Shown: piece after piece, positions 1 to 13,212 of the stretch | Position numbering within the stretch: the stretch's first letter is position 1 | Layout of the letters: every line of letters starts with the position of its first letter | The notes under the pieces: generated by a model | Seen by the model: only the letters and a program-made list of their open reading frames with translations | Told to the model about the DNA's origin: nothing | Databases searched by the model: none | Assembly (NCBI GenBank): GCA_951406725.2 | Contig: OX597819.1 | Location: 23,250,001 to 23,314,000 of the forward strand | Source of the DNA: Octopus vulgaris | Lineage: Eukaryota | Reading direction: 5' to 3' | DNA length: 64,000 nt | Translations under genes and position numbers: made by a program

Positions 1-156
1 GTAACGCCGTTTTAAAGGGTTTAGTCGTAAAAGTCCCCTCTTTCACTTTTTCTCTCTCTCCCCTCTTTCTCTTTCTCTCTCTCGTTGCTCCCACGTGACC
101 GTTGTCCATCTTTCTTTTCCTGCACGGACGTTTAAAAGAACGGAGGTGTTTTCTTT

Positions 157-193
<37 letters not shown>

Positions 194-265
194 CTATCTC
201 TCTCTTCTATCTTTTCGCTTTTCAAAAGAATTGTTTCTCCCATCGTTCACTATTTTCCCCTCGTT

Positions 266-388
266 GTCGATAAATTAAGTACCAGTTACGCCCTGGGGTC
301 AATGGAATTGACTTAATCCTTTTGCCTGTCCTTGTTTGTTCCCTCTGTGTTTAGACCCTTGTGGGCAATAAATAAATAAATAAATAAG
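266..388 (+). mobile_element. 3' fragment of Meta-domain-like SINE
   Basis: gtcgataaattaagtaccagttacg...cccttgtgggcaataaataaata matches the body and tail of fuller copies at 37712 and 54702. Confidence 0.8.
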
Positions 389-602
389 AGTGAGCCAGAG
401 AGTGATAGATTATGTAGTAGGAAACAAAACTGTGTTACAAACAGGTAAGCAACATGCAGAAGAAATGTAAAAGATACAATATTTAACATAGTGTAGAAAC
501 GAGTTAGAGAGACACGACACACAGTACATAACAGACAGCAGAACATAAGCCAGACCATAAATTTCCTTTTCTACTTTTGTATGTGTCTCTCTGCGAAAAT
601 GA

Positions 603-679
603 TTGTAGAAACACTGCTGTGCTGATGACGCCTGTTAAAGCAGAAACAAGAGACAACAACTGTCTTAGTATCACTACAA
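603..679 (+). ncRNA. Type I hammerhead ribozyme-like motif
   Basis: gtg-CTGATGA(622-628)-weak stem II-GAAA(643-646)-stem III agaca/tgtct-GTA(668-670)-tcac; outer ttgtag/ctacaa extension of stem I. Confidence 0.55.
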
Positions 680-957
680 AAACAAAAGAGAAGTGAACTG
701 TATTTTCTTTAATGACAGGTCAAATCTGGAGAATTCTAACATTTTGAGATTATTTCCATATCTTTATTCAGAGTCACTCGCAACTGCCGCCAGCCGGCGT
801 TCATTTACTGTCTCTAGAAACGAAGATAATTTTAATAAATCAAAAATTTATCTGTATAATATTTAATATATGTGTATGTGTCTTTGTTGTTCAACTACAT
901 GCCACAAACCATACTGAATTACTATATCTTAGCTCATTTTCGTTATGTGCGTAGGTG

Positions 958-1062
958 CATGTGTGTATATGTGTGCAAATACATACATACATACATATAC
1001 ATACACACACATATATGTACATACATACATACATACATACATACATACATACATACACACAC

Positions 1063-1102
<40 letters not shown>

Positions 1103-1130
1103 ATTTGTGCGTACGTACGTATGTATGTAA
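958..1130. repeat. Compound microsatellite (TACA)n/(TA)n/(TG)n
   Basis: Directly visible; one of dozens of similar tracts across the window. Confidence 0.95.
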
Positions 1131-1844
1131 TCATTAGATTATATATTAATACCAAGTTAACACCTCACAGAAATGTAGACACAATGATATATTACCTGCA
1201 TGCAGCAAACATTGTTACTATCTTATAAACAGAAACATTGTTTTAGAGACAGCAACAGTGCATTATCGACACACACATACTCTCTTTCTTCCCCCCTCTT
1301 ACACACATACACACACTTTCTCTTTCTTCCCTCTCTCTCCTATAGTAGTTTACGTGTAGGCGTTCACGTTAGAATTACGTTGCAAATATTCTGTAATAAT
1401 TTTTTTATGAATCGGAAACTACGTAGGCGAAGAATCAATACGCTACATTTCTTCTTTCACAAATCTTTAAGAAAAAAGAAAATAGAAATGTAAAGAAAAG
1501 ATATTAGAAAAAAAAAAAAAAAAACAGATAGATTTATGCCGGAAAAGATAAAACGTGATTTCGTATATTTTTCTTTAAAAGTTCATTAAACTCGAAGACA
1601 AAATAATGATTGTAAGTGAAACAAATCTACGTCAGACATAGGAGACTTTCCAGAGAGTAATAGTTGTAATCGCAACACCTCTATCTTGAGGCATTTGAAC
1701 ACAGAATTTACTCAATTCATAAGATACACATACACATACATACATACATACACACACACATACATACGTACATACATACATACATACATACATACATACA
1801 TACGTACATACATACATACATAAATACATACATACATACATATA

Positions 1845-2390
1845 TGATGGTTCCCCTCTCGTTATCGAGTATGGCCATTGCACGAAGCTTAACTGTTATT
1901 GGTGCTGTGATCGAATGTGGCATTTTAGCCCAGCTAAAGATCTACAATGTCTTGTACAGAATTGGCAACTAAAACCTTTGCCGGTAATAGCCGGCTGTAG
2001 TTGTAACTGGGCTTCATGTACCTTTGCATGTCGTTTACGTCCTCCTGCCGAATTACTCTCTCTTCCACATACCTGAGAGACATGATTAGTATGGTGTGTA
2101 ACACCACCACCAGTGGCCAGGTTGTCACTCATCTGCCTCGCTTTATGACTACGAAGACGACTCTTGAGTCCAGCTTTACTGAGGCAGGGTTCTTGCACAG
2201 ATACTGCATGTCAGCATCATAGGAATACCCTTCCCATCTGGAAGTGTAACAGCGATGCCCTTCCTGACATCCCTCCTTACTTTCTCATGCGCAACTCGAG
2301 ATTTCTCAAAAGTAGCTGTCCCCTCGTGCACAATCCTTCTCCACCTGCTACGATAAATAGCTATGCCCTTCTATGTCAGGAGAGATGCAA
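1845..2390 (-). mobile_element. RTE-clade LINE 3' end remnant
   Basis: C-terminal CQFCTRHCRSLAGLKCHIRSQH* motif typical of RTE/BovB ORF ends, short 3' UTR, then a (TATG)n tail at 1725-1845. Confidence 0.7.
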
Positions 2391-2391
2391 G

Positions 2392-2454
<63 letters not shown>

Positions 2455-2459
2455 GTTGA

Positions 2460-2683
2460 TTTGCTAGCCTCTGCACGCATTTTTTTCTCTCCTTCTTTCT
2501 GTGTTTCTTTTCTGTGTATCTTTCTGTTGAAGAGCGTATGCTAGAAACGTAAAAGACTTGTTTTATTTATATTCCTGAGCGCCATACTAATACAATTGTT
2601 TGTTTGTATTCCACCTGCCTTCGTCTTTTGTTTATTTCCGTAAACCTGCCTTCGTCTTTTGTTTATTTTCATAAAGCTTCCCG

Positions 2684-2685
<2 letters not shown>
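2460..2685 (+). mobile_element. Penelope-like terminal (pLTR) fragment with degenerate minimal hammerhead
   Basis: tcttt-CTGTTGA-a-gagc-gtat-gcta-GAAA-cg-TA-aaaga at 2519-2556; flanked by (TA)n on both sides; related to 14405-14617. Confidence 0.6.
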
Positions 2686-2771
<86 letters not shown>

Positions 2772-2772
2772 A

Positions 2773-3975
2773 CGGTATCTCACAGAAGTATGTACACCCC
2801 TAAAAATTTTCAGTAATATTGCCATTACTCTGATAATATCGAAGGAAATGAAACGAAATTTATGCCGAATAAAATATATCATACATGCAAACATTATACA
2901 AATTTGGAACACAAAACAATAAACATTTTCATATATATGAACGAAATATTAATTTTCAAACGTTACAAAAATATATATTTCCTAAAGGAAATTTGCTATA
3001 TTAAATATTTTATCCAATTTTTTTTTATAAATTCAGTTATTGCTGATAATTTCAATTCTAATAAATTATTTCTCCTGACATTTTTGCACCGGCCATTGTT
3101 ATTGCATCTGCCTTGGTGAAAATCTTTTTCATTGTGAATAAAATGGCACCAAAAGAAAACGAATTGTTTGAACCAGTGTGGTCTTCATGGGCGTATTCCT
3201 CGTAGGAAGCCTCTCCTCAGTACCAGGCATAAATCAAGTCGTCTATCTTTTGCCGACACCTATGTGAGTAAGGGGAAGGGGTTTTGGAATAAAATTGTTT
3301 TTTCTGACGAGACTAAAAATCAACTTGTTTGGATCAGATGGTATTAAACGAGTATGGCGACGACCAGGTGAAGATAATAGCAACAAGTGCACCGTGTGCC
3401 TACCGTGAAACATGGCGGCGGAAGTGTGGAAGGACATACATTTATTGAGAGAACAATGGATTCAAGGCTTTATTGTGAGATGTTGCAGAAAACAATGTTG
3501 AAAAGCATCAAGGAACTAGGAAGATATTTCATGTTCCAACATGATAATGACCCTAAACACACTTCAAGGATGACGACTAAGTTTTTATCAGATGAAAAGG
3601 TAAAGGTATTACCTTGGCCTACCATCTTACCTGATTTAAACCCAATAGAACATCTGTTGGGTGTTTTGAAAAGGGAGGTTGAGGAGAAAAAACACTGCAG
3701 TGTAACACAGTTAATAGAATTCATTCAGGATGAATTTAGGTCAATTTTATCGGTTATATGCGGAACTTTATCCCAGAAGACTTAATGCAGGCATAGTAAG
3801 CAAGGGTGGTCACACCAAATATTGAATATAGCAAATTTCCTTTAGGGTGTACATATTTTACTATCGTTTGAAAATTAACATTTTGTTCATATCTTTGAAA
3901 ATGTTTAGTGCTTTTTGATCTTTTATTCAGTATAAATTTCATTTGATTTCCTTCGATATTATCGGAGTAATGGCA
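2773..3975 (+). mobile_element. Tc1-family DNA transposon, internally deleted, right TIR truncated
   Basis: TA+CGGTATCTCACAGAAGTATGTACACCCC start; 2820-2875 is inverted at 3922-3975; transposase remnants FSDETKINLFGSDG, TVKHGGGSV, FQHDNDPKHTS, PDLNPIEHL. Confidence 0.9.
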
Positions 3976-4410
3976 GGAGTGGCTCTGTGGTAAGTAGATT
4001 GCTTACCGACCACATGGTTCCGGGTTCAGTCCCACTGCTTGGCACCTTGGGCACGAGATGGCAGAATCGTTAGCACGCCGGGCGAAATGCTTGCCTTTCA
4101 TCCTTTCGGGGTCGATTAAATAAGGACCAGTTACGCACTGGGGTCGATGTAATCGACTTAATCCGTTTGTCTGTCCTTAATCCGTTTGTCTGTCCTTGTT
4201 TGTCCTCTCTGAGTTTAGCCCTTTGTGGGTAGAAAAGAAATAGGTATTTTGTCTGCCGCTAAGTTCCTAGTTCAAATTCCGCCAAGGTCGACTGTGCCTT
4301 TCATACTTTCGGAGTTGATAAATGAAGGACCAGTTAAATACTGGGATCGATGTAATCGACTTATCCCCTCCAAAACATTTCAGACGTTGTGCCTACAGCA
4401 GAAATGATTA
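3973..4410 (+). mobile_element. SINE mosaic: CORE-like SINE head plus dimeric Meta-like SINE
   Basis: ggcaggagtggctctgtggtaag...ggcaccttgggca followed by ggcagaatcgttagcacgccgggcgaaatg and two Meta bodies. Confidence 0.75.
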
Positions 4411-4419
4411 TTATTTTTT

Positions 4420-4985
4420 TTTTATTGAGTGAAAGAGCAGTGTATGCGATCAAAGTGACACTGGGATAAAATATACAAAGCCCAGTATATCCATCATGAC
4501 TATCTGTCTAATAAGGGTACACCAGACACATGCATCACAACAATATGTGCGCGACATGGTGATCGCATATCAAGATAAACAGTACATGACATTGTAGGTG
4601 GGGCCCAGTTAGGATTTTCTTCTGGTCGAGTAACCCATCCCATTCAAAAGGTCCCTGAATAAGGGTGGTTTAAGGATGTTGAACGAAACACCCATGTTTC
4701 CAGAGGTGAATTATTCAAACCCCAAAGAATCCCTCTCAACACATGGCTATGATGCTCACCCACTATTTCTGCTCGTGATCAGAGATGCACATATAGTCAA
4801 CTACTAAGGGATATGCTCAACTGGTTATGGTCAAACAATTGACAAGCAAATCTGTGGTACTGAACAGAATATTTGCTGTAGCCCATCTTTTATAACAAGA
4901 CAAAACAATGTACATGACAACACTTCCAATCAGTTAAGATCAGAAGCCACGAGAGCCACTGCCTGGTACAGCTTCAGTGTAATTT
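4420..4985 (-). mobile_element. Non-coding interspersed element between TAA-like tracts, probable non-autonomous retroelement
   Basis: About 560 bp, no ORF, bounded by att/tta-rich tracts, adjoining the Dong cluster; strand assignment tentative. Confidence 0.45.
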
Positions 4986-5051
4986 TTATTATTTATTGTT
5001 GTTGTTGTTGTTGTTGTTGTTCTTGTTGTGTTGTTGTTCTTGTTGTTGTTG

Positions 5052-5470
5052 TCTTTGCACAGCTTCTAGCGCTGGAGATGTTACGGTGTCAGCTGTTCAC
5101 TACCAGCGAAATAAGGTAAAGCATCTTATTTTTCGAAGCACCATCCGGAGTATTCGAGCGGTTCCAAACAGTGCTATTTTCTGCAAGTGCTCCACTCTTA
5201 TTGCAGCTCCTATTTGTCCCATGTACTTCTCAAGATTTTTATTCACTGTTCTCAGGGCTCTGACTATCATTGGTAATACTACTACGTTTTTCAGCGACCA
5301 CAACTGCTTAACCTCCCAAGCTAATCTGATATATCTACCGACTTTTCTTTCCTCCTTATCGCATACCTTGTTGTCAACTGGGCATTCTATATCAATGATC
5401 CAGCATCGTTTGCTTTCTTTCTCAATTAACACTATGTCTCGTTTCCTGTTCTCTATCTTATGGTCGCACG
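5052..5470 (-). mobile_element. Dong/R4-type non-LTR retrotransposon, RLE-domain fragment (copy 1)
   Basis: IENRKRDIVLIEKESKRCWIIDIECPVD...KVGRY...LQKIALFGTARILR; ends in (CAA/TAA)n at 4985-5051. Confidence 0.85.
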
Positions 5471-6559
5471 TTTGGCTTTTGCTTTGTATTTGTACAAGTT
5501 GACTCCAAGTCTCACCCAGAGTCCTCAAGAGACAACAAGTTAGAAATTCAAGTTGGCGTTCTGACTAGGGTGCATTAATTTTGGTTTTGCACAGAGTATT
5601 GTTCTAGAGAATGTCTGTCGAAACAAGTGAATAAGAAGTTTGTTTTAAAAGTAATTTGATTATAAGATAATAGGCTGATGTTAAGATGAGAGTAAAAGGT
5701 GTTTGTTACTATGTACATTTAAAAATATTTTCACACTGTTTACGGATTAAAATATTTTTAGAATTACATAGACAATATTTTGCATAGAATATGGGCAGTT
5801 CTCAAGAGCACAATTTTTTTAATTTTTCCATTTTTGGACTTCCTAATATCTGAGATAGGTAGAAATCATCTCCTTTTGCTATCATTCTTAGGGTACCTAT
5901 GGCAATTGATATTGTTATAGACTTCAGGTTCCACATTTTGCTAATTTTTATTTCAAGATCTTTAGAGTTGCTCAGATTCTGGTAGGTCTTGATAGATACT
6001 TTTATATCGATTGGGACAGTCATATCAATGAGGAGGCATGTTTTTTGTCTGAAGTCTTTCAATATGATGTCTGGCCTATTTGCTTCTATCTTTCTGTCAG
6101 TTTGAACGGTGAAGTTCCAGAGGTGAGTGAGATGTAATCATTTTCAAGCACTGGAGGTGGTTTGTGCTCCCACCAGTTTTCATCACGGGCCAGGTCCAAT
6201 TCTTTGCAAATTACCAAGTGAATATACTGTGCTGATCTATGATACCCGTTGAGATACTCTGTAGACGCAAGAAGACTGCACATGGAGTCAACATGCTCAA
6301 TGGTTTCATTTTGCTATTTACTTACACGATATGTTGGGCCACTGCTTTTCTTTAAGCTGTTGGCCTGGTAGTCCCTTGTAGGTAGGTATTGATCTTGGGC
6401 TACTATGATAAACTATTCTCTCTCTCTCTGTTTTGAAACCAGAAGAGACTAACCATTGAATGGTAAGGGCTTTGTCAACATCGGCATTATTAGCTCTCTG
6501 AGCATTTGCCATTGAGAGATGGTTCTGTGCTTGTTTCCAGCACGTCTAATTCTGGGATT
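5470..6559 (-). mobile_element. Dong/R4-type retrotransposon, CCHC+RLE fragment (copy 2, different subfamily)
   Basis: Frameshifted ETIEHVDSMCSLLASTEY, WWEHKPPPVLEND, ANRPDII, CLLIDMTVP, DLEIKISKMWNLK; 5'-truncated at the (TAA)n tract. Confidence 0.85.
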
Positions 6560-6669
<110 letters not shown>

Positions 6670-8631
6670 TTTCAGTAGTATATTTTTTATATCGTGCTTT
6701 CACTTCACTACCGAGCGCAGCTCTGTGTGCCTTCGGTATGTGCTGTGATTTGCTGTGATGCTCTGATGGTTACTGTATGGAAAGTGTTCTGCGTAGGATG
6801 TGTGCAGTGCCTAGTAGTGCAATTTTCTGTATGTTATATGTGTTTGTAAGTTCTGGTGTTTTTGTTATGTATTTGTCTGAATATTTTTTTATCATGCCTA
6901 ATGCACCTATTATGATAGGAATTGTTTTTGCTTTTAGATTCCACATTCCGGTTACATCTATTTCCAGGTCTTTGTATTTTGAAAGTTTCTCCATTTCTTT
7001 TAGAGACACGTTGTCATCCGCTGGTATTGATACATCAATTAGAAAACATTTTTTCTTCATGATCTCTGACAACTATATCTGGTCTGTTGGCCTTAATTTC
7101 TCTATCTGTGAGTATTGGCATATCCCAGAGTATGGTTGCTTTCTCGTTTTCTGTGACCTTTTCTGGTGTGTGCCTATACCATCTTTTTTCTGTTGTTATT
7201 CCATAATGTTGGCATAATTTCCAGTGTATATAGGTCCCAACTCTGTCGTGTCTGTGAATATATTCCTTCTTAGCCAGGACTGGGCAGCCAGAGATAATAT
7301 GATTTATTGTTTCTTGTCCATCTCCACATATTCTGCAGTTACTTGTTATATTTCTTTTCATTACATGTTTTTGGTAATTTCTGGTGGGGAGGCTTTGGTC
7401 TTGTGCTGAAAATTAAAAATCCTTCTGTCTCTGCTTTGAGTCTTGAGCTTCTCAACCATTGTTGGGATTTTTCTTTGTCTATTTCTTTTGCATTTAGTTT
7501 AGTCCAGTATTTGCCATGAAGGGGCTTTTTTGCCATCGTTTTATCATGGTTCTTTGCTGTTCTATTTTTAGTTTAGATTTCATTTGTTTTATAACTTTTG
7601 TTGTTTCTTCACCTTCTTCTTCATATTTGTTAGGTGGTATGATTTCTTGTTTGTATTTGTCAGCTTCCTTAAATACTGAGAACAGTTTATTGTTTTGCTC
7701 GTGTTTTGCCACTATTTGTATCAGTTTTCCTTCCTTCTGAAGTAGATATTTTTGCAGTCCTATGGTGGTTATTTTATAGTAGTTTTCCAGCTGTATAAGG
7801 CCTCTACCACCATCTATACGTTGTATATATAGCCTTTCTATGTCAGATTTTGGGTGATGCATCCTAGATCCTGTCATTATTTTTCTTGTTTTCCTATCTA
7901 TTTTGGTCAGTTTATTTAGTGTCCAGTTAAGGATATTGTGGCTGTAACTTATAACTGGGACGGCTAAAGTGTTGATACCTATTATCTTGTTTTTAGCATT
8001 GAGCTCTGTTTTCAGTATTGATCTAACTCGTCTATAATATTCTTTTTTTATTTTCTCTTTCATTTGTGTGTGTTGTGTCTTATCTAGTTCATGGATTCCT
8101 AAGTATTTGTAAGTTTGGCTTTGGTCTAATTCTTTTATTTCATTGGTTTTATCTAGTGTGATGTTGCTACTCTTAACTAGTTTTCCTCTTTTCAGGGTTA
8201 CTTTGGCGCATTTCTCTAATCCAAATTTCATATCTATTTCTTTGGTAAATCCATGAACTGTCTTTAGTAGTGTTTCCAGCTGTTTGTCATTTGTAGCGTA
8301 TAGTTTTAGGTCATCCATATATAAAAGGTGGCTGACCTTTTTGCCGTAACATTTATATCCGCATCCAGTTCTGTTTAGCATATCCGATAGAGGTGACAGT
8401 GCCAAGCAGAAAAGGAGTGGAGAGAGCGTATCTCCCTGGAATATTCCTCTTCTAATGGGGATGGCTTTGGTTTTCATGAGTCCCTCTTTTGTTTGGAGCT
8501 GTAGCACTGTTTGCCATTTATTCATAGTGTCCTATGTACTATATAATTGTTGGTGCAACTTTTTTCATGGCTAGTGTTTCGTGAATTCATGTGTGGGGGA
8601 TGCTATCAAACGCGTTTTTGTAGTCGATCCA

Positions 8632-8633
<2 letters not shown>
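6670..8633 (-). mobile_element. Dong/R4-type retrotransposon, RT+CCHC+RLE, 5'-truncated and frameshifted (copy 3)
   Basis: [89 protein letters not shown]; (TAA)n on both flanks. Confidence 0.95.
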
Positions 8634-8682
<49 letters not shown>

Positions 8683-8689
8683 ATAAATA

Positions 8690-8790
<101 letters not shown>

Positions 8791-9616
8791 ATATGTATGT
8801 ATATATGCGTGTCTTTGTGTTGGTGTCTCTTCTCTGCCACCGCTTGATAACTGGTGCTGTTTCTTTACATCTTCGTAACTTCGATGCTAATCCTAAAAGA
8901 CCGACAGAATAAGTACAAGTCTAAAAAAATAAGAACTGGGGTCTATCATTTGTTCGAATAACACCGTTTTATCTTTTACTGAAGCGAGTAAAAGATAAAA
9001 GATGAAGAAAGATACCAAAATGCTGCAGGATATATTATTAATTAACTACCGGATTCATTAATACTTTAAATAAATAAATTCACTCGAGTTTGGATTAATT
9101 GCATTAAAAATACGCTGAAGAGTTTTCAATTGGTTCAGAAATATTGATTTACTCGGAGTTGTTGAATCCAAGCAGTTCAGAATTAGTTCAATTTGAACTT
9201 TATGAAAATAAACTAAAGAAATACAGAATCGAAAACTAAAATTTATTCTTTGAATTTTTCTTAATTGGAAAACATGGTTTGTTTGTTTTAAATTTTTAAT
9301 CAAAATACAGTAGGAATTTATATAACCACTCTAAATGAATTATTTTTCCAATCAAAAATTTTCTTCGGTGCTTATTGCTATGCTTGCAGTATCTAACATT
9401 TTTAGTTCCTCTGTCAGAAGTTAAATGGAAAGAACAAATTTTTGTAGTTTCCGCATTGGGAAAAAATGTACAATTGACTATGGGGAAAATACTCTATTAG
9501 AAATTATTAGAAAAATGATATGGCTTGCGACGTATGTACTAAATAGATATGCCATATGCAAAATTGAACAAAAACCTACCGAATAATTTGAATCATACAC
9601 GCTTGTTTACATTTAA

Positions 9617-9670
<54 letters not shown>

Positions 9671-10179
9671 CGAGAGAGAGAGCGAGAGAGAGCGAGAGAG
9701 AGCGAGAGAGAGAGACAGACAAGATTTATGTCGGCCTCTGAGCAGGTATCGCCATGACAACTTTCTCTCTGTCATGGTCAATGCGACGATCACACGCTAC
9801 ACACGTTCCTTCTATGCATTGCTGTAAACAGTGGATGTGAGCCAGAAAATTCAAACTTAGTGCGCATGCACAGCTGTGTTTGCGGAGCGGCTTCACACTG
9901 TGTGTTTTAGATTCGTTACTATGGCAATTGTCATGACAGACCTTGTACGTATTTTTGTGTGTCAAGCTGGGAATGGTCGAAGCCGAATAACCAGGAGTGT
10001 CATAGATGGAATTACGTGTATTACGCACAGGAACAACTGCTGAAGGAATTGTATGTAAATTCTAAATATACGGTTTTGTGCCTGTATCTGCACATGTATG
10101 CGTTCGCATAACAAACGCGTTAGTTATTATTAATATGGGTGTGTATGCATGTGTATGTGTATTTATGCATGTATATATG

Positions 10180-10254
<75 letters not shown>

Positions 10255-10998
10255 GTGTATTTGATGTTGATAATATGTAAGTCTCACTATGTACGTGTTT
10301 AAACCGCGAGTATACGTGTGCAAAATAAGTGATCAAGTTGCATAAGTGTCTTTTTGGTTGCATGTGTATAGGGATGTGTATGTCAATGTATAGATCATGT
10401 GTATGTCAGATGATGATGTGCCGGATAATGAAAAGAATGAATCATGAAGTGAAATGTTGAAGAGTGAAAGTAAGTTTCTATTCGCATTGGAGCTGTGAAA
10501 CTGAGAAGCGCTGCGTAGGTGTATACCAAATATAAATATACGTCATATAAAATAATTCAAAGTGTAGAGATGACGTGCAACAGACATTTCATTACGAAGA
10601 TAGTCGTGAAGAGGGTGATAAGGGGTGTCCAGTTGGATATGGACTGTAGGGAAGGACTGTTGATAAGTACGGTACATAGATTGTAGGTGAGTTTAGGTAA
10701 TAGAAAGATTGGTTCGGAAACATGTCAGAAGTTGTGTGGATGATTTGGAGAATTCAGTATGTGTGCATAGTATAGTGTAATAGTGAGGTAGTAAAGACTG
10801 ATGATATATGATATAAATAAAAGGTTGTCGTGGTGTGGGCTGATGTTGTGCGAGAGGGTAGACGTGTGATCACAGATGCTGGTTATGGCAGTGCTGTAAA
10901 AGGTGGGAAAATGTGTTGAGTGAAGTGCAATTGTATCGCAAAATTATGTTCAATGCTACAGAATTGAGAACTGGAGAAGTGTTTAGTATGGAGGAGAT

Positions 10999-11052
<54 letters not shown>

Positions 11053-12160
11053 TATATATATATACATGCATGCATGGATGCATGCATACATACATATATA
11101 CATACATAACTACATACATACATACATACATACATACATACATACATACATGCATACATACATACATCGAGTTTCTGCATATTCCTGTCTAGTAAATTCC
11201 ACGCAAATTTTATTGGTCAACTCGAGGCCAGAAGAGTGGACACCTGCCAAACGTTCCATGCTGTGTAATCGAACAGGGAACCACATGCATGGGAAAAGAA
11301 ATTGCAAACCACATAGCCATGCCGCCCTCCATTCCATACCTACATATGAAGTCCGTATACAAATGGAGAGGAAGTAATATAGTTCAAATAAGACATAACT
11401 ATTGAGACAATTTAAGCAGTAGTTAAAACCATGATGTCTGCTAAGCTACCAGGTAGATTGCATCTAGTTACAAGTGAAGAACCTTGTCATTATGTTTCCG
11501 GCAAATGCAGAAGTTCTTGTGAGTACAATTAGTTAGACGATATTTCGTTTTGACCGAACAAAACATGACGGCATTAATTGTTATCTAAATACCATGGTTT
11601 TATATTTGTTTTCCATACAACTACTTCAGCGCAGATACCTCTAGTCTGTCAATTCACTTCAATGAGTATTCTAATTAGAAGCAATAAATATTCCAATTAG
11701 AGCAATAAATATTACATTTATTAATTACTGAAGAGAATATATTAAATATAAATGACATTATTGTTTCCCTCTTTCTTCTTGAGAAATAAACAAAATAATG
11801 GAAGATGCATGCGTGTGTGATTAGTAAAATGTGAGTATATATGCATGTTTGCCTGTGATGGGAATTTTGTTTAAAACAATTAAAAATAATGAATGAAGTA
11901 GAAGTGTTTGTGTGCGTCTTCCTGGTTAGTTTCATAGAATCTTCTACAGTTCCACTCAGTCTGTCTCATAACGATTTACAATGAGAAACTGCTGAAAGCT
12001 CTTCTAACATTCCATATCTTGAATTTTACTGGTCAATGTATATCTGTGTATAACCATACAATGCGTGCTCGAAAGTAGTCGACAAAATAGACACATGCTT
12101 TTGCAAGTTTAGATGATTTTACAATGCAGTTATTAATCAAACTTCTAAGGCGACATTGAT

Positions 12161-12375
12161 TTCAAACTGAGGCACAAAACCAGGAATTTCGGGGAATGGA
12201 GTAAGTCGATTATATTGGCCCCAGTGCTCAACTCATGCTTATTTTATTGACCCCAAAAGGATAAAAAGCAGAATCAACTTTGGCTGAATTTGAACTCAGA
12301 ATTTAAAGACAGACGAAATGCTGCTAAGTATTTTACCCGAAGACTAAAGATTTTGCCTGCTCACCGCCTTACCAT
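12161..12375 (-). mobile_element. Meta-like SINE with degenerate 15-bp TSD
   Basis: Meta body in reverse; taaggcgacattgat (12146-12160) and taaggcgatattaat (12376-12390). Confidence 0.75.
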
Positions 12376-13173
12376 TAAGGCGATATTAATGCCGACATGT
12401 TGGCGCTTTTAACTAACTTCCTGCCTGCCTTTGGATATCATACAGCAACATGTTTTCAATTCTTAAATCACTGTCATTAAAGATCACAAGTTTCATTAAT
12501 AAAGCTGTTTAAGTAAATTTAAGAAAAACACTTCCTAAAAGTTGACGATCGTCCTGCGTCCATCGATGTGACTTGAATATTTCTTTGGTGAAATTCCATC
12601 TCTGCTTCCGACATTTTGTGATGACAAAGAAATAATATTTCTCGCATCTACAGAAATACTATTAATTGTCATATTTATATCTTTATCAGAGCATATAAAT
12701 CTATATGAATAAGGATAAGATCGATAGTTAAATACCAGCATGGGAATAAAAACCTTCAAAGGTAATAATTATTTAAAATTATAATCTAGGGCATCTAATA
12801 GATACCATCACGCTGGAAATAGTAGTCAAAACTTCACTCTAAAACTACATTAAATGTTCATACATGAAATGTTCTTTATCAGAGTATTTAGACTCACATG
12901 AAAAGAACAAGTGCCAATGAGGAAGAAGCATACTCTGTTCGTGCCCAACTTCACGAATGAGGCTTCCTCGAAATGCAAACCACTACAGATGAAATAGAAG
13001 CAAAGAACTAGATAAAACTGAACACACGAAATGATGACAACGTGCTAAATGAGGGAAACATCAATTGTCAGAGTGCAATGTCTTTAAAAGTTGTGATTTT
13101 AATAATTCACACACATGCAAATACATGTGTACATATGTACACACATACACACATATGCATACGTGTATATATA

Positions 13174-13211
<38 letters not shown>

Positions 13212-13212
<1 letters not shown>

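Noticed and set aside
8967-9000. 14-bp hairpin ttttatcttttact/agtaaaagataaaa
   Set aside because: Low-complexity SINE tail sequence; not a terminator in this eukaryotic context
12911-12983. gtg-CCAATGA...GAAA-tgca...cac with long hairpin
   Set aside because: Possibly a very old hammerhead, but core and cleavage site are too mutated to call
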